In this document: piece after piece, positions 14,350 to 27,622 of the stretch
Layout of the letters: each line of letters opens with the position of its first letter
How positions within the stretch are numbered: the stretch's first letter is position 1
Source of the DNA: the human T2T-CHM13v2.0 reference genome, Homo sapiens
Assembly: GCF_009914755.1 (NCBI RefSeq)
Contig: NC_060928.1
Direction: 5' to 3' (one strand)
Length of the DNA: 64,000 nucleotides
Program-made: the position numbers and the translations under genes
The notes under the pieces: generated by a model
What the model was told of the DNA's origin: nothing
The model's input: only the letters and a program-made list of their open reading frames with translations
Database searches by the model: none

Positions 14350-14900
14350 AGTTCAATGATCTGCTCATTAAATACTTACTATACCTTAGGTACTATATGA
14401 GAAGCTAGGAAAAGAGTGATGAAAAAGACACACCTAGAGAGGGCATTGGATTATTAAATCAGCAGCTACTGTAAAGGTGTTTAAGTTCTGTGACAGGCAG
14501 CATTCTGGGTATCACAGGAACATCTTACAAGAATTTCTAACTTCAGGAGGAGGGTTCAGAGAATTAGCCAGGCCAGGGGTGAGAGTGTTCTTCCCGGAAG
14601 AGGGAACAATGAAGACCCAGGAGGAGATACAGAGTATCTCGCTGTATTTAAAATAACCAGAAATAGATTTATATATTTAGTACAGAGGCTGAGGGGAAGA
14701 GAAGTGAGTGTGAGAAGATCAAAAGGAGAAGACAGTGGGGTGCAGTGGTTAGGAATATAACTTTTTCCAAAGGGAAAGAGAAGCCACTAAAACATTTTAG
14801 GCAGGGGAGTGACAGGATCAGGTGTGTATTTTCCTATCGTGTTTTAAAGGTTTACTTCTGGCTGCGACATGAAGAAGAGGGTGTTACAAGAAGCAAGATA
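14350..14900 (-). mobile_element. L2 LINE remnant (approximate bounds)
   Basis: Purine-rich L2 reverse-strand motifs (gaagccactaaaacattttaggcaggggagtgacaggatcag). Confidence 0.6.
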
Positions 14901-16084
14901 GGACAGTGGTAGTACAGTGGCACCACAGTGAAGTGGGTTCATATTTGTAAATCCCCTCTCAGAGTGCTGTCACACATAGTGGGAGCTTGGTCAATTTTGT
15001 AAGTTCTGGGTTTTCCTAAGGTGAATTGAGGCTGTGTAACTTCAAGGTTATGGAAGTTAAACTTTTTGTATCTAAAGGCATTTTCAAAGTATTCCTGCTT
15101 TTGTGTATGTGCATGCATGTGCACTGACACCACAGATTTTATTTAACCAGTCATCAGGTTCTCTGAATGGATTTTAATGAAAGCTACTCTGTTTCCCTGA
15201 TTTCAACCTAGGATGATACATCAGTATGCATACACATACACACTTAACAGAAACATTTAGAGAAAGTAGCTGAAGTTGAGGAAGGTAAACCACAGCTTAA
15301 TACAGCAATAGAATATTAAAAGTTTGTATTAATTTGGGAAGAATGTACTTTCTAAGAGAGTTACTCAACTGGTGATGTAAATCAATCATGGCAGGTGACT
15401 GAGAAAGTCATGAAAAGTGCTGGAGCATTGGCAGAAGTGAGGGGGTCTCTTTTAGGTAATGTGTGCTTGACGATGTCATAGTCATTCAGACTATTCATTT
15501 AATGGCATGTGTCTAAGGTTTACAAAAAAAAAAAAGATGAAGGAAAAGAGAAAAATCTATTAGACTTCTTGCAGTTTATGAGTATATATTCCTGCTGGCC
15601 CTAGACAGTGAGTAATGCACCACAAATGTTCAGTCAGTTCTTGTATAGTGCCCTCCCGACAGCCAAAGCAATGAGATTACCTGGCATGCCAGGGTTGACA
15701 CATGAAGCCTTTGAAAATAAATGTGAAATTAAATTCTTATCATTGAAATCCTTAGAAATAAATCCTAACATGGATATCTTTGTCACAGAAGTAAAAGGAA
15801 AAATTGATAGACACATAACATGAATACCCAGTGTTTTTGTTAGCAACTTAAGAAGGGTAACATAATTATTTTTTGTCTTAAAGATTATTGTCTAGCTCAG
15901 TTGTAATACCCGTCACTAGAAAAGGAGTACCTGTGGTGGTGGTTGTTGCATAAAATCTAGAAGCAAATTTTTAGAGGTAGGATCTGAGATGTCATTTAAA
16001 ATCAAGGTAGTTTCCTGTGTATGTGTGAATATATACATCTGTGTGTGTGAGGATTGGGTGGAGATTAGTAATTATTTTTATCAT

Positions 16085-16364
16085 TTTTTGAGACAAGGTT
16101 TCACTCTGCCATCCAGGCTGGAGTGCAGTGGCGCAATCACAGTTCACTTGACTTCCTAGGCTCAAGCAATCCTCCCACCTCAGCCTCCTTAGTAGCTGGG
16201 ACTACAGACGTGTGTCATCACACCCGGCTAATTTTTGTATTTCTTGTAGAGACAGGGTTTTGCCATGTTGCCCAGGCTGGTCCCAAACCCCTGGACTCAA
16301 GCTATCCTCCCACCTCAACCTTCCAAAGTGCTGGGATTACAGGCATGAGCCACCATGCCTGACC
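16085..16364 (-). mobile_element. Alu (J-type)
   Basis: Alu reverse complement with the AluJ motif ctcaagcaatcctcccacctc. Confidence 0.9.
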
Positions 16365-18389
16365 AGACAATTTGCTTATTAAATACTTACTGTACCTTAG
16401 GCAGTATTTGAGAAGCCACACAGTACATAAAGTTTCTCAGTTGATAAAGTTATATAACCAGTGTATCCACAAATGATAACTTAGAATAGATGGAGTTTCA
16501 CAGTTTTGAGTCACTATCCATTGTATATATATCAAGACAAGCTTTAGTGCTGTTGTTTTTTTTTTTATGTCCTCTTGATGTAAGTTGTAATGAATATCTT
16601 TTTCTGTTAAAGTTATGTGGAATTACTGTTAATGTTTTATTTTTCTTATCTCAAAAGTAATTCATATTTATATTTAAAATTTTAGAAAATGTAGATAAGC
16701 AGAAACAAATTTTAATTGTCCATAATCCTACCATGTAATTATAGCTATTGTTAACATTTTCTTTATACCCTTCCATAGTCTTTATTTTGTATATGTGTGT
16801 AGAATTGGTTCACGTTAAAATGAGGAAAATCTTTTGTGCAACATTACCACCGTTGCTGATATTTAAAATGTGTTGAATTATTGACTCGTACATTTTGAGC
16901 TCCCAAAACCCTTCAGTGGCTTCCCATCTCATTCAGGGTAAAATCCAAACTCTTTACCATAGCTCCCCACGTGATTTCACCCCTGAATATCTCTCTGCCC
17001 CAATCCCTCTCCTTGTCAGAGCTTGTACTGACCTAGCTATTCCTAAAACATGCGAACGCCACCCTACCTTGGGCTTTTGCTCTTAGTGTGTTTGTTGCTG
17101 AAATGCCTGCTACTCCCATGTGCTTCTGCAGGGGTCAGGCCTTCATTCCATTCATATCTTGTACTCAGATGTTACCTAAGCAGGGAAACCTTTCACACCC
17201 TATATCCTGGATACTTAATTAATTTTTAAATTACCACTATGTGATGTTCTTATTTTTTTGATGGGCTTCCCCCAACTTCCTACCCACTCCCCAACACAGA
17301 CACACAAATACTAGGATATAAAGTCTATGGAGTCAGAGTTTTGAGTACATCCACCCTTCTTCCTAATGAAATAAGTTTACTTCTATTTTTTTAAAAGACT
17401 ATAGCATAAATTTCAAGAGAAGTATTTATTCTCAAGTGGTCAGCCTATTCAATAAATTTTATGAGTCATCAAAATCAAACAATCAAGTAGGTGGCTTCTA
17501 GACCTAATTTTTCATGTAACCTATGAAGCAGCACTTTTAAAAACAAGTAATTTTCCGGAAACCTTATAGTTTCATCATAGAATATTTGTGTCTTGATATT
17601 TGAGTAGATATTAGTGCTCTCCAAATTAGAGGGCACTGAACAACTCCATAAATTTCATTACTGTCTTTGGTTCATAAGATAATCTAATACTTTGTTGATT
17701 TTGTTCTCAAGTTACATACACAGCACAATAATTTTTCATAATATATTTAATGATTATATTCCTTTGGCCTAGTGATATGCTAGATTTATCTCAACTTTAC
17801 ACAAAGACAAATATGAAGTATACTTAGCAATGTATTATATATTAATATATGAAAATGTTATATACAAAATTTGTGTGCTTATATATTTTGTATACATGTC
17901 TATATATGTATTTTATGAAGATGATATAATTAAAATTATTCCTTTGGGAAATAAGTGAGAGCATAAAAAAATGAAAACAATTTTCTCGTCTTAATATCAC
18001 ATCTTAGGTCATCCCTTTCTGTCTAGTCACTGTTTATCACATCGGTTTCTTTTCATCTTTGCTGGATGCAGTACTTATCACAACTTGACAGTTTCTTGTT
18101 TATTATTTAATTATTTGTCCCCACCCACTAGTTGTAAGATGCATGACAGCATGGGCTTTATTTTACTCATTGCTGTATTTAGCAAACTCAGAATAGTGTC
18201 TGGCCTACTGGTTTTCAATAAATGTCGTTTGACTAGTTAATTGAAGAGTAAATGAACTGTCGTGTTTATTTTATCCAAACTGCACACAGTCCCATGAAAT
18301 AGGATGTTATCAGTGTCCTGCCTACTTCTTCATAAGGAATTTAGAATTTCACTGTGGAAGAATTTTCAGTTATAGGTCGTAAAAATGAT

Positions 18390-18830
18390 CCTAGTATTTG
18401 TTTAGGATAATGCTAGCTATTGTACCAAACAAAACAAAATATAATGGTTCAAACACAGTAGACTTTCTTTTAAGTCTCCTTTTCATAAATCTGATGGTGT
18501 TCTTGATCAATGGACAAATTCCTTCTAGATAGTGGTTCAGGGTTGCAGCCCCTCTCCATTTTTTGGCTCAGTTGTGTTTAACCTTCAATGCAAAGCTTGC
18601 GTTTTCTTCCAACAGAGACTCTCTTTAATGGAAAGGGAAAGATCATGGAGGGTCTCATGTGTAAGGTTGTTATGAGTAAGATATAGAAGTGGCGTACTCA
18701 CTTCTAACTGTTCATACTCCAGTGGTTTGAACTCAATTGGCACTTACGTAACCGGAAGGGACGTTGGGAAATGTAATCTAGCGATGCACCCAGCAAGAGA
18801 GCACTGGTGAATAGCTAGCCAGTCTCAGCC
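18390..18830. mobile_element. Old MaLR LTR (MLT1-like), approximate
   Basis: Motifs reminiscent of MLT1 (taggataatgctagctattgtaccaaac...aatggttcaaacaca; gggaaatgtaatctagc). Confidence 0.45.
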
Positions 18831-19400
18831 ACGCTACTGTATGTAGATCTAAGTTCATTTGCATTTAGGTGTAAGATAGCTTTATAACTTTTAAAGAGTT
18901 AAAAATTAATTATGGGTTAATGTTTTTAATTCTGTGTAAGGCCTCCTTCCCAAACCCAACCTTTTTTGTTCACAAAGAAGGCAGCTTAGAATCCTCCATG
19001 GATCCCATAGGAATCTTTTTTCTTTGACTTTAAACACTCATTTCCCGAGCTCCATACTCCATTGAGCATTTCTTCAGTTGGGATAACTAAGTGCAGTCCC
19101 TTTGGAGCTCATCAAAGTTGTTGTCTAATTGGTTATAGAAGCCATCTTCTGATCGTACCAGCAGCTGCCTCCCTCTCCAGGGATTGCCGCTTCCATAGCA
19201 TCAGTCCCACTAGGTTCTGGAAAACAAGAGGCTGAGAACTCAAGTTTTAGTAATTGTAGAATATTACCAGTATTTCTATATTAATTAGTATTACAGTCTA
19301 AATGGTATGATTGCATGATTTGCTTATAGTTCATAAACATAGATTTTGGAGCCTGTTACTGAGGGTTTTGGACAAGCCACTTGAGCTCTTTGAGCTTCCA

Positions 19401-19757
19401 TTTCTTCCTTCCTTCCTTCCTTCCTTCCTTCCTTCCTTCCTTCCTTCCTTCCTTCTTTCCGTCCGTCTGTCCGTCCTTCCATCCTTTCCTCTCACTCTGT
19501 CACCCAGGCTGGAGTGCATTGGCATGGTCTTGGCCCAGTGCAAACTCTGCCTCCCAGGTGCAAGCTATTCTCGTGCCTCAGCCTCCCAAGTAGCTGGGAG
19601 GTGCATGCCACCACGCCTGGCTAATTTTTATATTTTTAGTAGAGACAGGGTTTCACCGTGTTCGTCAGGCTGGTCTCAAACGCCTAACCTCAGGTGATCT
19701 ACCTGCCTCGGCCTCCCAAAGTGCTGGGATTACTGGCGTGAGCCATCGCACCTGGCC
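19401..19757 (-). mobile_element. Alu (S-type) whose tail has become a (TTCC)n/(GTCC)n microsatellite
   Basis: (TTCC)n at ~19405-19455 replaces the poly(T); TSD gagctt(c/t)catttcttc on both sides. Confidence 0.93.
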
Positions 19758-20467
19758 CGAGCTTTCATTTCTTCAGCAATGAAGTGCAACATCTGGGCTC
19801 TTCATAGATATTAGAACAAAGAGACAAAGTATGAAACGTTCAGCGTATTGCCCGTTATACAATACAGGCCCCCTCGCCCCAAAGCTATCGCAGTAATTAT
19901 TATTAACATTAAGAGAAAATATACAGAGGAGTTTGGAATTTAAAATAGATGAAATACTACCCAGAGCATGACTTTTAAATCACCCAACTCAGTACCAACA
20001 GTTGGTGTGTTTTTCATTGAAAGTTCTTGGACTGAATGACCTAGAGAATTTTTTGGAATCTCCCAAAGGGATTTATGCATTTCAAATGAGTGGTTGTTGA
20101 TGGTTGAAAATGAATTGAAAAGGAAAAGGAATTATATGCAGAGTGCATGCCTGTGTGTATGCATTTGTGTGTGTGTGTGTATGTATGTGTATTTGAAATG
20201 AGAATGGTCTGGCTGTCACTTGAAATCCATCATAAAACTGTTTATTAACAGGCAACAGGACATTTCATTTGGCCATATATACATTAATCAACTACCTCCG
20301 TGTTTCTATGGAAACTTGTATAAACAGTTCGATTGTACCATTTGAGGTCTCAGATAAACATTTTCAATGACACTTTCAATGGTTCTAATAATAATTCTAC
20401 TATTGTTCTTGATGCCAGATATCTCAGATATCTTTCTTAAAGTGATAGAATTAGTTGACTAGCATAA

Positions 20468-20479
20468 GAGAGAGAGAGT

Positions 20480-20522
<43 letters not shown>

Positions 20523-20546
20523 CGCGCGCGCGCGCGCATGCACATA
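20468..20546. repeat. Compound (GA)n(GT)n(CG)11 microsatellite
   Basis: Direct reading; (CG)11 at 20515-20536. Confidence 0.97.
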
Positions 20547-23500
20547 ATGTTTTTTCTGACCTTCAGATGTTGGGGAAATTATATAAAAGACAAGGTTTTG
20601 TTTCCACCAAAATCAACTATCAGAAAATAAGCCACCTTAATCTTTTATATAATGAAGTTCTCTCTCAATTTAGTTTATTGTTTTTAAAGAAGGATGTATT
20701 TTTCCATAAGGAAAATTAATCAGAAATGACCCCAAGCGATCTTAGCTTGGAATGTTTATAATTCACATGATGGAATTGGTATAAGGGAGTTAAAGAAGTT
20801 TTACATAGATTTAATAACGAGGCCTGAATATGTGATCTCAGAATTGCAATTACTGGATATTACCATAAACCTTGTAAAGATTAATTTATAAAGCAAAAAG
20901 TAAATGATGGTTGTTGTAAAGAACTTGCAAGAAAAATGAAAAATCAGCTTCCTGAATGTTATACAGCACTGTGTCATTTATAGACACATCACTACCTTAA
21001 ACAAATTAGAAGGAATGTAAACTCAATTGGATGACTCAAAAAGTGAGTCAGCTTTGCAAATGTCAAAGTCATTGATGTTGGAGATGCAGATTAAAGTTTC
21101 ATGAGTGAGAAATTATTTACAATTAATATTTTTCATGTGATTTTGAAATTTGTATTTCACTAGTAATTTGATCTAAATAGCCATTTGATTGTTCCATCAA
21201 TATCCATGAGAATTTTCAGGTCAATTAGTAAATTAATAAATATATTTAAGTTTAATGCTTAAGTGTGTGCTCCCTAGCCGTTCATCTGGGGCTGGAATCT
21301 GTTTCCATCACCTTTTCGCTGTGTGATCTTGATGCAAATCACTTTTCTGCATCTGAGGTTTCCTCCTACATAAAATAGTCCTACTAATACCTATTTTTTA
21401 AGAGTGTTGTAAAAATTAAGTAAGCTAATGTATGCAAGTACTTAGAGTAGGGCCTGTCACATAGTAACTGGTGTACAGGTGATCTAATTTTGTTATCTTT
21501 GGAAAAATGGGGCAAAGCCTCACATTTTGAAATACATGGTACTTAGATCATGCAGTTTCTCATCACATTGAAGTATTCCTCTCTTCCATTTTCAAGTGAA
21601 GTTCATGTAGGTTTCCTTTCTACTCAATGCTTTCTTTGAACATTCAATGGAAAAACCCTCCTAAAAGTATTTGCTTTGAAACATTAGTCACCTTGTGACA
21701 GACAGCCAGTTTTCAACCAGTTCACTAATATTGATTATTTATTTTCCTCATCGGGGTCCCAAGTGTATTTAAATTGTCCCCATTTCATACACGCAAGAAT
21801 TAATTCCTTTCTGCCTTGGGAGAGGGCTAGGGTACCATATTTCAGTAGCTAATTCCACCACATAAAGATATATATTTGGACAGCAAGCCATGTGAAATAC
21901 TCATTATATAAGCCACATCTTATCAAGCCCTCTCTGTTACAACTCTAAAACATTATCATAATATAGGAAAGTAGCAAGGAACGTTTGAAATGCATCCCTT
22001 CCCCCAACCCCCAAAAAAACACACAACACAGTGGTGTTTCTGTTCAGACTGTCCTCTGAGAGGCAGTGTGCTCCGTATGGCAGGAGCAAAGCTTTGTGGT
22101 TTTACCATACTTAGTTTGTAGCATATGTCTGTGCCAAATGCATATTATTTTCGAGGCTTTTGCAGTCAAATATAATAAGGCAATACACATAAATGCACAA
22201 AACTACGCAAGTTGTTATCACTTTGAGAGAATTCTAAACTACAGAAATTTGAATATTTTATTATAAAAGAGAGTAATTGAACTATAAGCATATCATGAAA
22301 ATGAAGTTATTTAGTTTGCAAAATGTATTATGGTATTCTAAGCAGTGAGTTCCTCTCCATATAAATACATGATTTATTTAAAAGGTAATATGTAGACTTT
22401 TGGGGAAATATATAGTAAGTGAACTACCATAATGGTAGTTTTAGGTATGACAGTGTCAAAACAAGTTGTTTCTTTGGTTGGCTTCTTCGTTTCCACCGAA
22501 TTTGAAAAATATCTGGCCTAAGGTGGTGGAGGATGTTGTCTGGAAAAATGACAGAAGAAATGAGAAGGAATAGAGAGGCATATGTAAGGTAGATTATTTG
22601 GACCACAGTGATTATTTCATTTGATCACTCTATTATGTTATAGCCATTTCATAGAAGAAACTGAGGTACACAGAAGTTAACTAACTTGCCCAGGTTCACT
22701 TGACTTAGGAGGTAGTTGAACAGAAGATTAATCCGTATATGGCTAACATGAGGCTTCTGTCTTCTGAGCCTGGTAAGAAGCTGGAAGAATGTTAAGTAAT
22801 TACAAATTGTTAATTTTGGCAGTTTTCTCCAGTAGATAAAAGCAAATAAATTTTTGCAGACCTATTCTTATAAAGCATAGTTACATCAACACCTTAAAAA
22901 GTCTACCTGTAGTTTAATCAGAAAAACATTAGGCCTTATCTTATCAGTTTATTAAGTTATTAACTCATGACACATTTAGAAAACTTTTGTTTCCTGACAT
23001 TATATATATTTATTAGCAAAATAAATTTTATATTTTACAAAAATCTTTCTCTTTGCTTTGTGGAATACTGATCTGATATATGAAGACTTCAAGGATGGGT
23101 GTTGTATCTAGGGTATATATAAAGGGGTTATGAAAGGAGCCAAAATTACTGTGGTGAATAATATTTAAAAGTCCAAATGTTTACTTTTTCTTGTGTTCTT
23201 ACAGAGATAGGATTTAAAGAAATAAAAGATGATCAGATTATAAACTGGTCTTTAAAATGAGCTACTAAAAAATTTCCTGCCTCATCAAGCTGCATGTAGA
23301 AACAAGTCAGAGTGTCAGAACTAGTAGTACCTGAAATGATTAATAGCAGAAAGGAAAGAAAAAGGAAGACAGTGTGGGTGTGTATGTATGTGCATGCCTA
23401 GAGAAAGAGAAACAATATGAATGGCTTTTAAAATAACTTGAGTTCCAGAGGGAGTGAAAGATCGTGTCTATAGCTGGGTGAGTTTGGCCACGAAAGCCCT

Positions 23501-24732
23501 TTCTGGGAATAGCTCAATAATCCATTGGCATCTAGGCTTAGATTCCAGCTACAGGAATCATGAAGCTGGAAGGGACCTGCGCCTTGCAGAGTCTGGTCCG
23601 TGATGATCTGTACTTAACACTTTAGTCATTTCTGTGTGCCAGGCACTTCTCTAAGTCCTTCACACCCATTTATTTATTCAGTCCTCACAACACAGGCTTT
23701 CAATAAATGATGGATGAATGCTGAATGAAAATATAGTATCCTTTATTTTTTACAAATACCTCAGAGAAAAATAGAAAATATGTCTAGGAATATACTTACT
23801 CCACCTTGTAGAGATTAAAAACGTGAACATAAAGACTCAAAACCCTGACAATGATATGGGGAAAGCAGTGTTCATTTGGGTAAATTCTGAGTGATGCATC
23901 TTAATATGAAGTTAGTTTTAGTCACTAAGTGTGATATTTATTTTACTTTAAGTAGATTTATTCAAGGTAAGATGCCTGGGAAAATTGACTAGATTCCAGT
24001 GATCATCACCCCAAACCTTGTGCATTCTGTTATAACTGTTACTTAAAGTGGTTCCAAGATTAGTTTGGGAAATTATCAGTTAAATACATTTCAGTCAATA
24101 GACAGTATTTTTTTGTTTTTAACTATTGGATTTCTCAGCAGTCCTAAGATGATGATGATATGTATCTTGGACCATGAAACTCTCTTTTACATTAAAAAAA
24201 AAAAAAAGACAGAGAGAATAAGCCTCTGTTGATAATAAAATTCCACAAAACTCATCCCTAAAACTTGGGGATCTGGTACCACAGATGCTGCGCTATATCA
24301 ATAATTAGTAATTCAGGACGGAAAGGAAGAAGAAGGGCAGCCACCCTTGTTTGTACTGCACTGTCACCAATTTTAGGTATTTTACCAATTTAACTTTTTT
24401 TTTAACTTATTATTACTTATTTACTTATGAGTATTTACTTATTGGTATCAGAGACTTCAAGGCATCCATACTCATCTTTATGTTCAAGATCGAGTTCATT
24501 TATTAGCTAGTAATTTTATAAATGCCAACCATTAGATTAATCAGTGATTATCAAATTCCTATTTATATATTATAGAGACTTAAATAATGTGTAGAATTTA
24601 CTTTTACAAAGCTAATTATGGTAGCATCTGTTTGTCCTACATAATAAAAAAAAAAGCTATTATACAAATGATACCAAGGTTTTATGAAACTACAATTAGT
24701 TTTAGGTTTATGCTTATATAAAGTATTACTTC

Positions 24733-24848
24733 CTGTGTGCCAGGCACTTCTCTAAGTCCTTCACACCCATTTATTTATTCAGTCCACACAACACAGGCTT
24801 TCAATAAATGATGGATGAATGCTGAATGAAAATATAGTATCCTTTATT
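24733..24848 (+). repeat. 116-bp direct copy of 23632-23747 (1 mismatch)
   Basis: Base-by-base comparison at offset 1101; only T23685/A24786 differs. Confidence 0.95.
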
Positions 24849-25852
24849 AATATTATAAAGTATTAAAAGTGTAAAGTAATACTTATAAAGTATTACTTTA
24901 TATACTTTAATACTAATATACTTTATGTAAGTATTACTTTATATATGCATAAACCTAAAATTAATATAATCTGATTTAAACTATATAATTAATATAATCT
25001 GATTTAAGTCTGATTTAAGAATCTGATTTAAATATTACCCTTGTTTCTTATATATTTAGCAGTGTTTGTGGTTAAACTATGATTCAACCATTTGCCTAAG
25101 AGTAGTTTATTAAAATTGTCATTCACAGGTGGTGTTTTTTAGGACTATAGGTTGCTTGCTCCAGGAACAAAAAATTGAGCAGTAATATATTTATATAATC
25201 GAATATTAAAATAAATATTTAAGTGATAAAAATGAAAAATATAGGTGAAAAGATTCCTTGGAATTGTGTTCTTAATGAATTGTTGGGAAATACATTGGTA
25301 TTAAAAATACATAAAATGTGTTACTTTTTCATTTAATTAACTTAATTATTGATTTTATTCAGGTAATTACTGTATATTTCTAGCTTTATAAATTTTATTT
25401 TTTGAACAGAATTTCTGTTATAAATGGTGGCTACAGTCGCAAGATAATTCACAACCTCAATTTAATCTGTAATTTAATTAAATAGCGTACTATACATAGT
25501 AATTTAAATTGGGACTGGGTCAAGCTTAGAAAAAAGTTTAGAGTAAGGGATGCTTGCTGTCACGTTGTGCCTTGTATATATTTCTCAGATCTGTGTTTCC
25601 CTGATGGCCTTGGGTTTAAATGTGGGCATCTGCCCCTGTGTCTGCCTCCTGACTCTCAACCCCTACATGGTTTGTTTGCCTCCTAGAAACTCCATTTTTC
25701 CTAGGCATGGGCTCAGGCCTCTATTTCATTAGAGTGTCATGGCAGAGTCAAATCAATGCATTTCAGTTTCTTTCCTTATGGGAACACCTTTTATAACATC
25801 TCCCATTCCATAACTTGACTGATGTGTATTGTCAATAAAATTTAATAATAAT

Positions 25853-26148
25853 GCCAGATGTGGTGGCTCATGCCTGTAATCCCAGCACTTTAGGAGGCCA
25901 AGGCGGGTGGATCACTTGAGGCCAGCAGTTTGAGACCAGCTTGGCCAACATGGTGAAAGCCTGTATCTGCTTAAAAAAGAAAAATTAGCCGGGGTCGTGG
26001 GCGCCTGTAATCCCAGCTCTTTGGGAGGCTGAGGCAGGAGAATCGCTTAAATCCGGAAGGGTGGAAGTTGCAGTGAGCTGAGATTGTGCCACCCACACCC
26101 CACCCGGGGCGAGGTGACAGAGCAAGATTCTGTCTCCAAAAAGAAAAA
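25853..26148 (+). mobile_element. Alu (S-type)
   Basis: Dimeric Alu; TSD-like aat(t)taataata. Confidence 0.92.
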
Positions 26149-26345
26149 ATTAATAATAGTATTGTTATCCTAATTGGTGGGAAAAGATTTTAAGGTTTTT
26201 TTGAACATGGCATCTATTCTTACATATCTCATATTAAAAGGCATTTAATCAATGCTAATTTATATATGCATTTACTTTAATATATCATTATTTCATGCCA
26301 TTCTGCAAAGAACACAGATAGTGCGGAGAAAGGGATAAAAACAGT

Positions 26346-26641
26346 GTTTGCAGTGGCTCACACTTGTAATCCCAGCACTCTGAGGAGGGAGGATTACTTA
26401 AGGCCAGAAGTTTGAGACCAACCTGGGCAACATAGAGAGACCCTTTTATTATCTACAAAAAATTTTAAAATTAGCTAGACATGGTGGCATGTGCCTGTGG
26501 TTCCAACTACTCAGGAGGCTGAGGTGGAAGGATCACTTCAGCCCAGGAGTTTAAGGCTACAGTGAGCTATGATTGTGTCTCTACACTCTAGCCTGGGCAG
26601 TTAAGGAAGACCCTGTCTTTAAAATAAAAAATAAAAAAAAA
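26346..26641 (+). mobile_element. Alu (J-type)
   Basis: Diverged dimeric Alu with A tail. Confidence 0.88.
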
Positions 26642-27523
26642 TCTTGTATTTTCTATTGTTTGTAACACCTATCACAGTGAATTTGGAGGTAGTAGAGGTT
26701 TGGAGTTAGGAATGTCTTACTTATCTTGATACTCTCTGCCACTAGCAGAGTGTATGACATGGCAGATACTCAATAAGTATTTATTAAATATAATTGAATT
26801 TTTAAAAGCAACGATATTTCTTTCTCTTTTGACAGTCTTTATGGTTCTGAGCCTAACATTTCCATGTAATTCTGATATTTGGCTGTAAGTAGGCACAGAT
26901 GAATAGATTGTGGTATCTAAAAGCTGGATGAATGTCTCTTATGTTAGGCTTGGAGCTCTTACAACTCCTAGTGCTCTCCATACAGTGAATTCTTAGTCAG
27001 GGAAGATGATGGATTCTGAAGAGAAGAGAGTTCTGTGAGACCTGAATAAATAAAATATAAAAATTCATTAGATAGTTTTATCTTCATTTGACACGTTAAT
27101 TTTTTTTAAAAAATCACACTATGTTGCATGTCAACCTGAGTCATGTCTGTAAAAGATAATCAATAGAAATCAGTTTATTGTTCTCTAATTACATGTATTG
27201 ATTGATGCCTTTTAACATCTCTAAGCCATAGAGTAATGTTTCCCCAGTTGCCTTCTGCAGTGACTTAATTAAATGGAAGTGTAGCTAAGACGATGAAGGG
27301 TATCTATCCTGCCTATTATTTATTTTCATATCTGATCACCATTTAGCTATGTGTAAAATTATAGTCATTAATACATATCTGCAAACTTCTATCTTTGAAT
27401 TGTTCCTGAAGAAGTCCTGCAAATATTTCACTATTCTACATTATGAATGAAACATAAATTCTGAATTTAGAGGTATTTGCCTATCCCTTACAGATAAGTT
27501 GTTATTCTCCTAAATATTACATA

Positions 27524-27622
27524 TTTTTTTATTTTTTTTACTTTTTATTTTTTATTTTTTTTATTATTATACTGTAAGTTTTAGGGTACATGTGCACATT
27601 ATGCAGGTTAGTTACGTATGTA
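27524..27622 (-). mobile_element. Severely 5'-truncated young L1 (3' tip plus tail)
   Basis: T-rich tail followed by ttattatactgtaagttttagggtacatgtgcacattatgcaggttagttacgtatgta. Confidence 0.88.

Noticed and set aside
25340-25370. Recursive-splicing ratchet point (ttttattcag|gtaatt)
   Set aside because: Such motifs occur by chance in AT-rich introns; the pyrimidine tract is poor and there is no further support.
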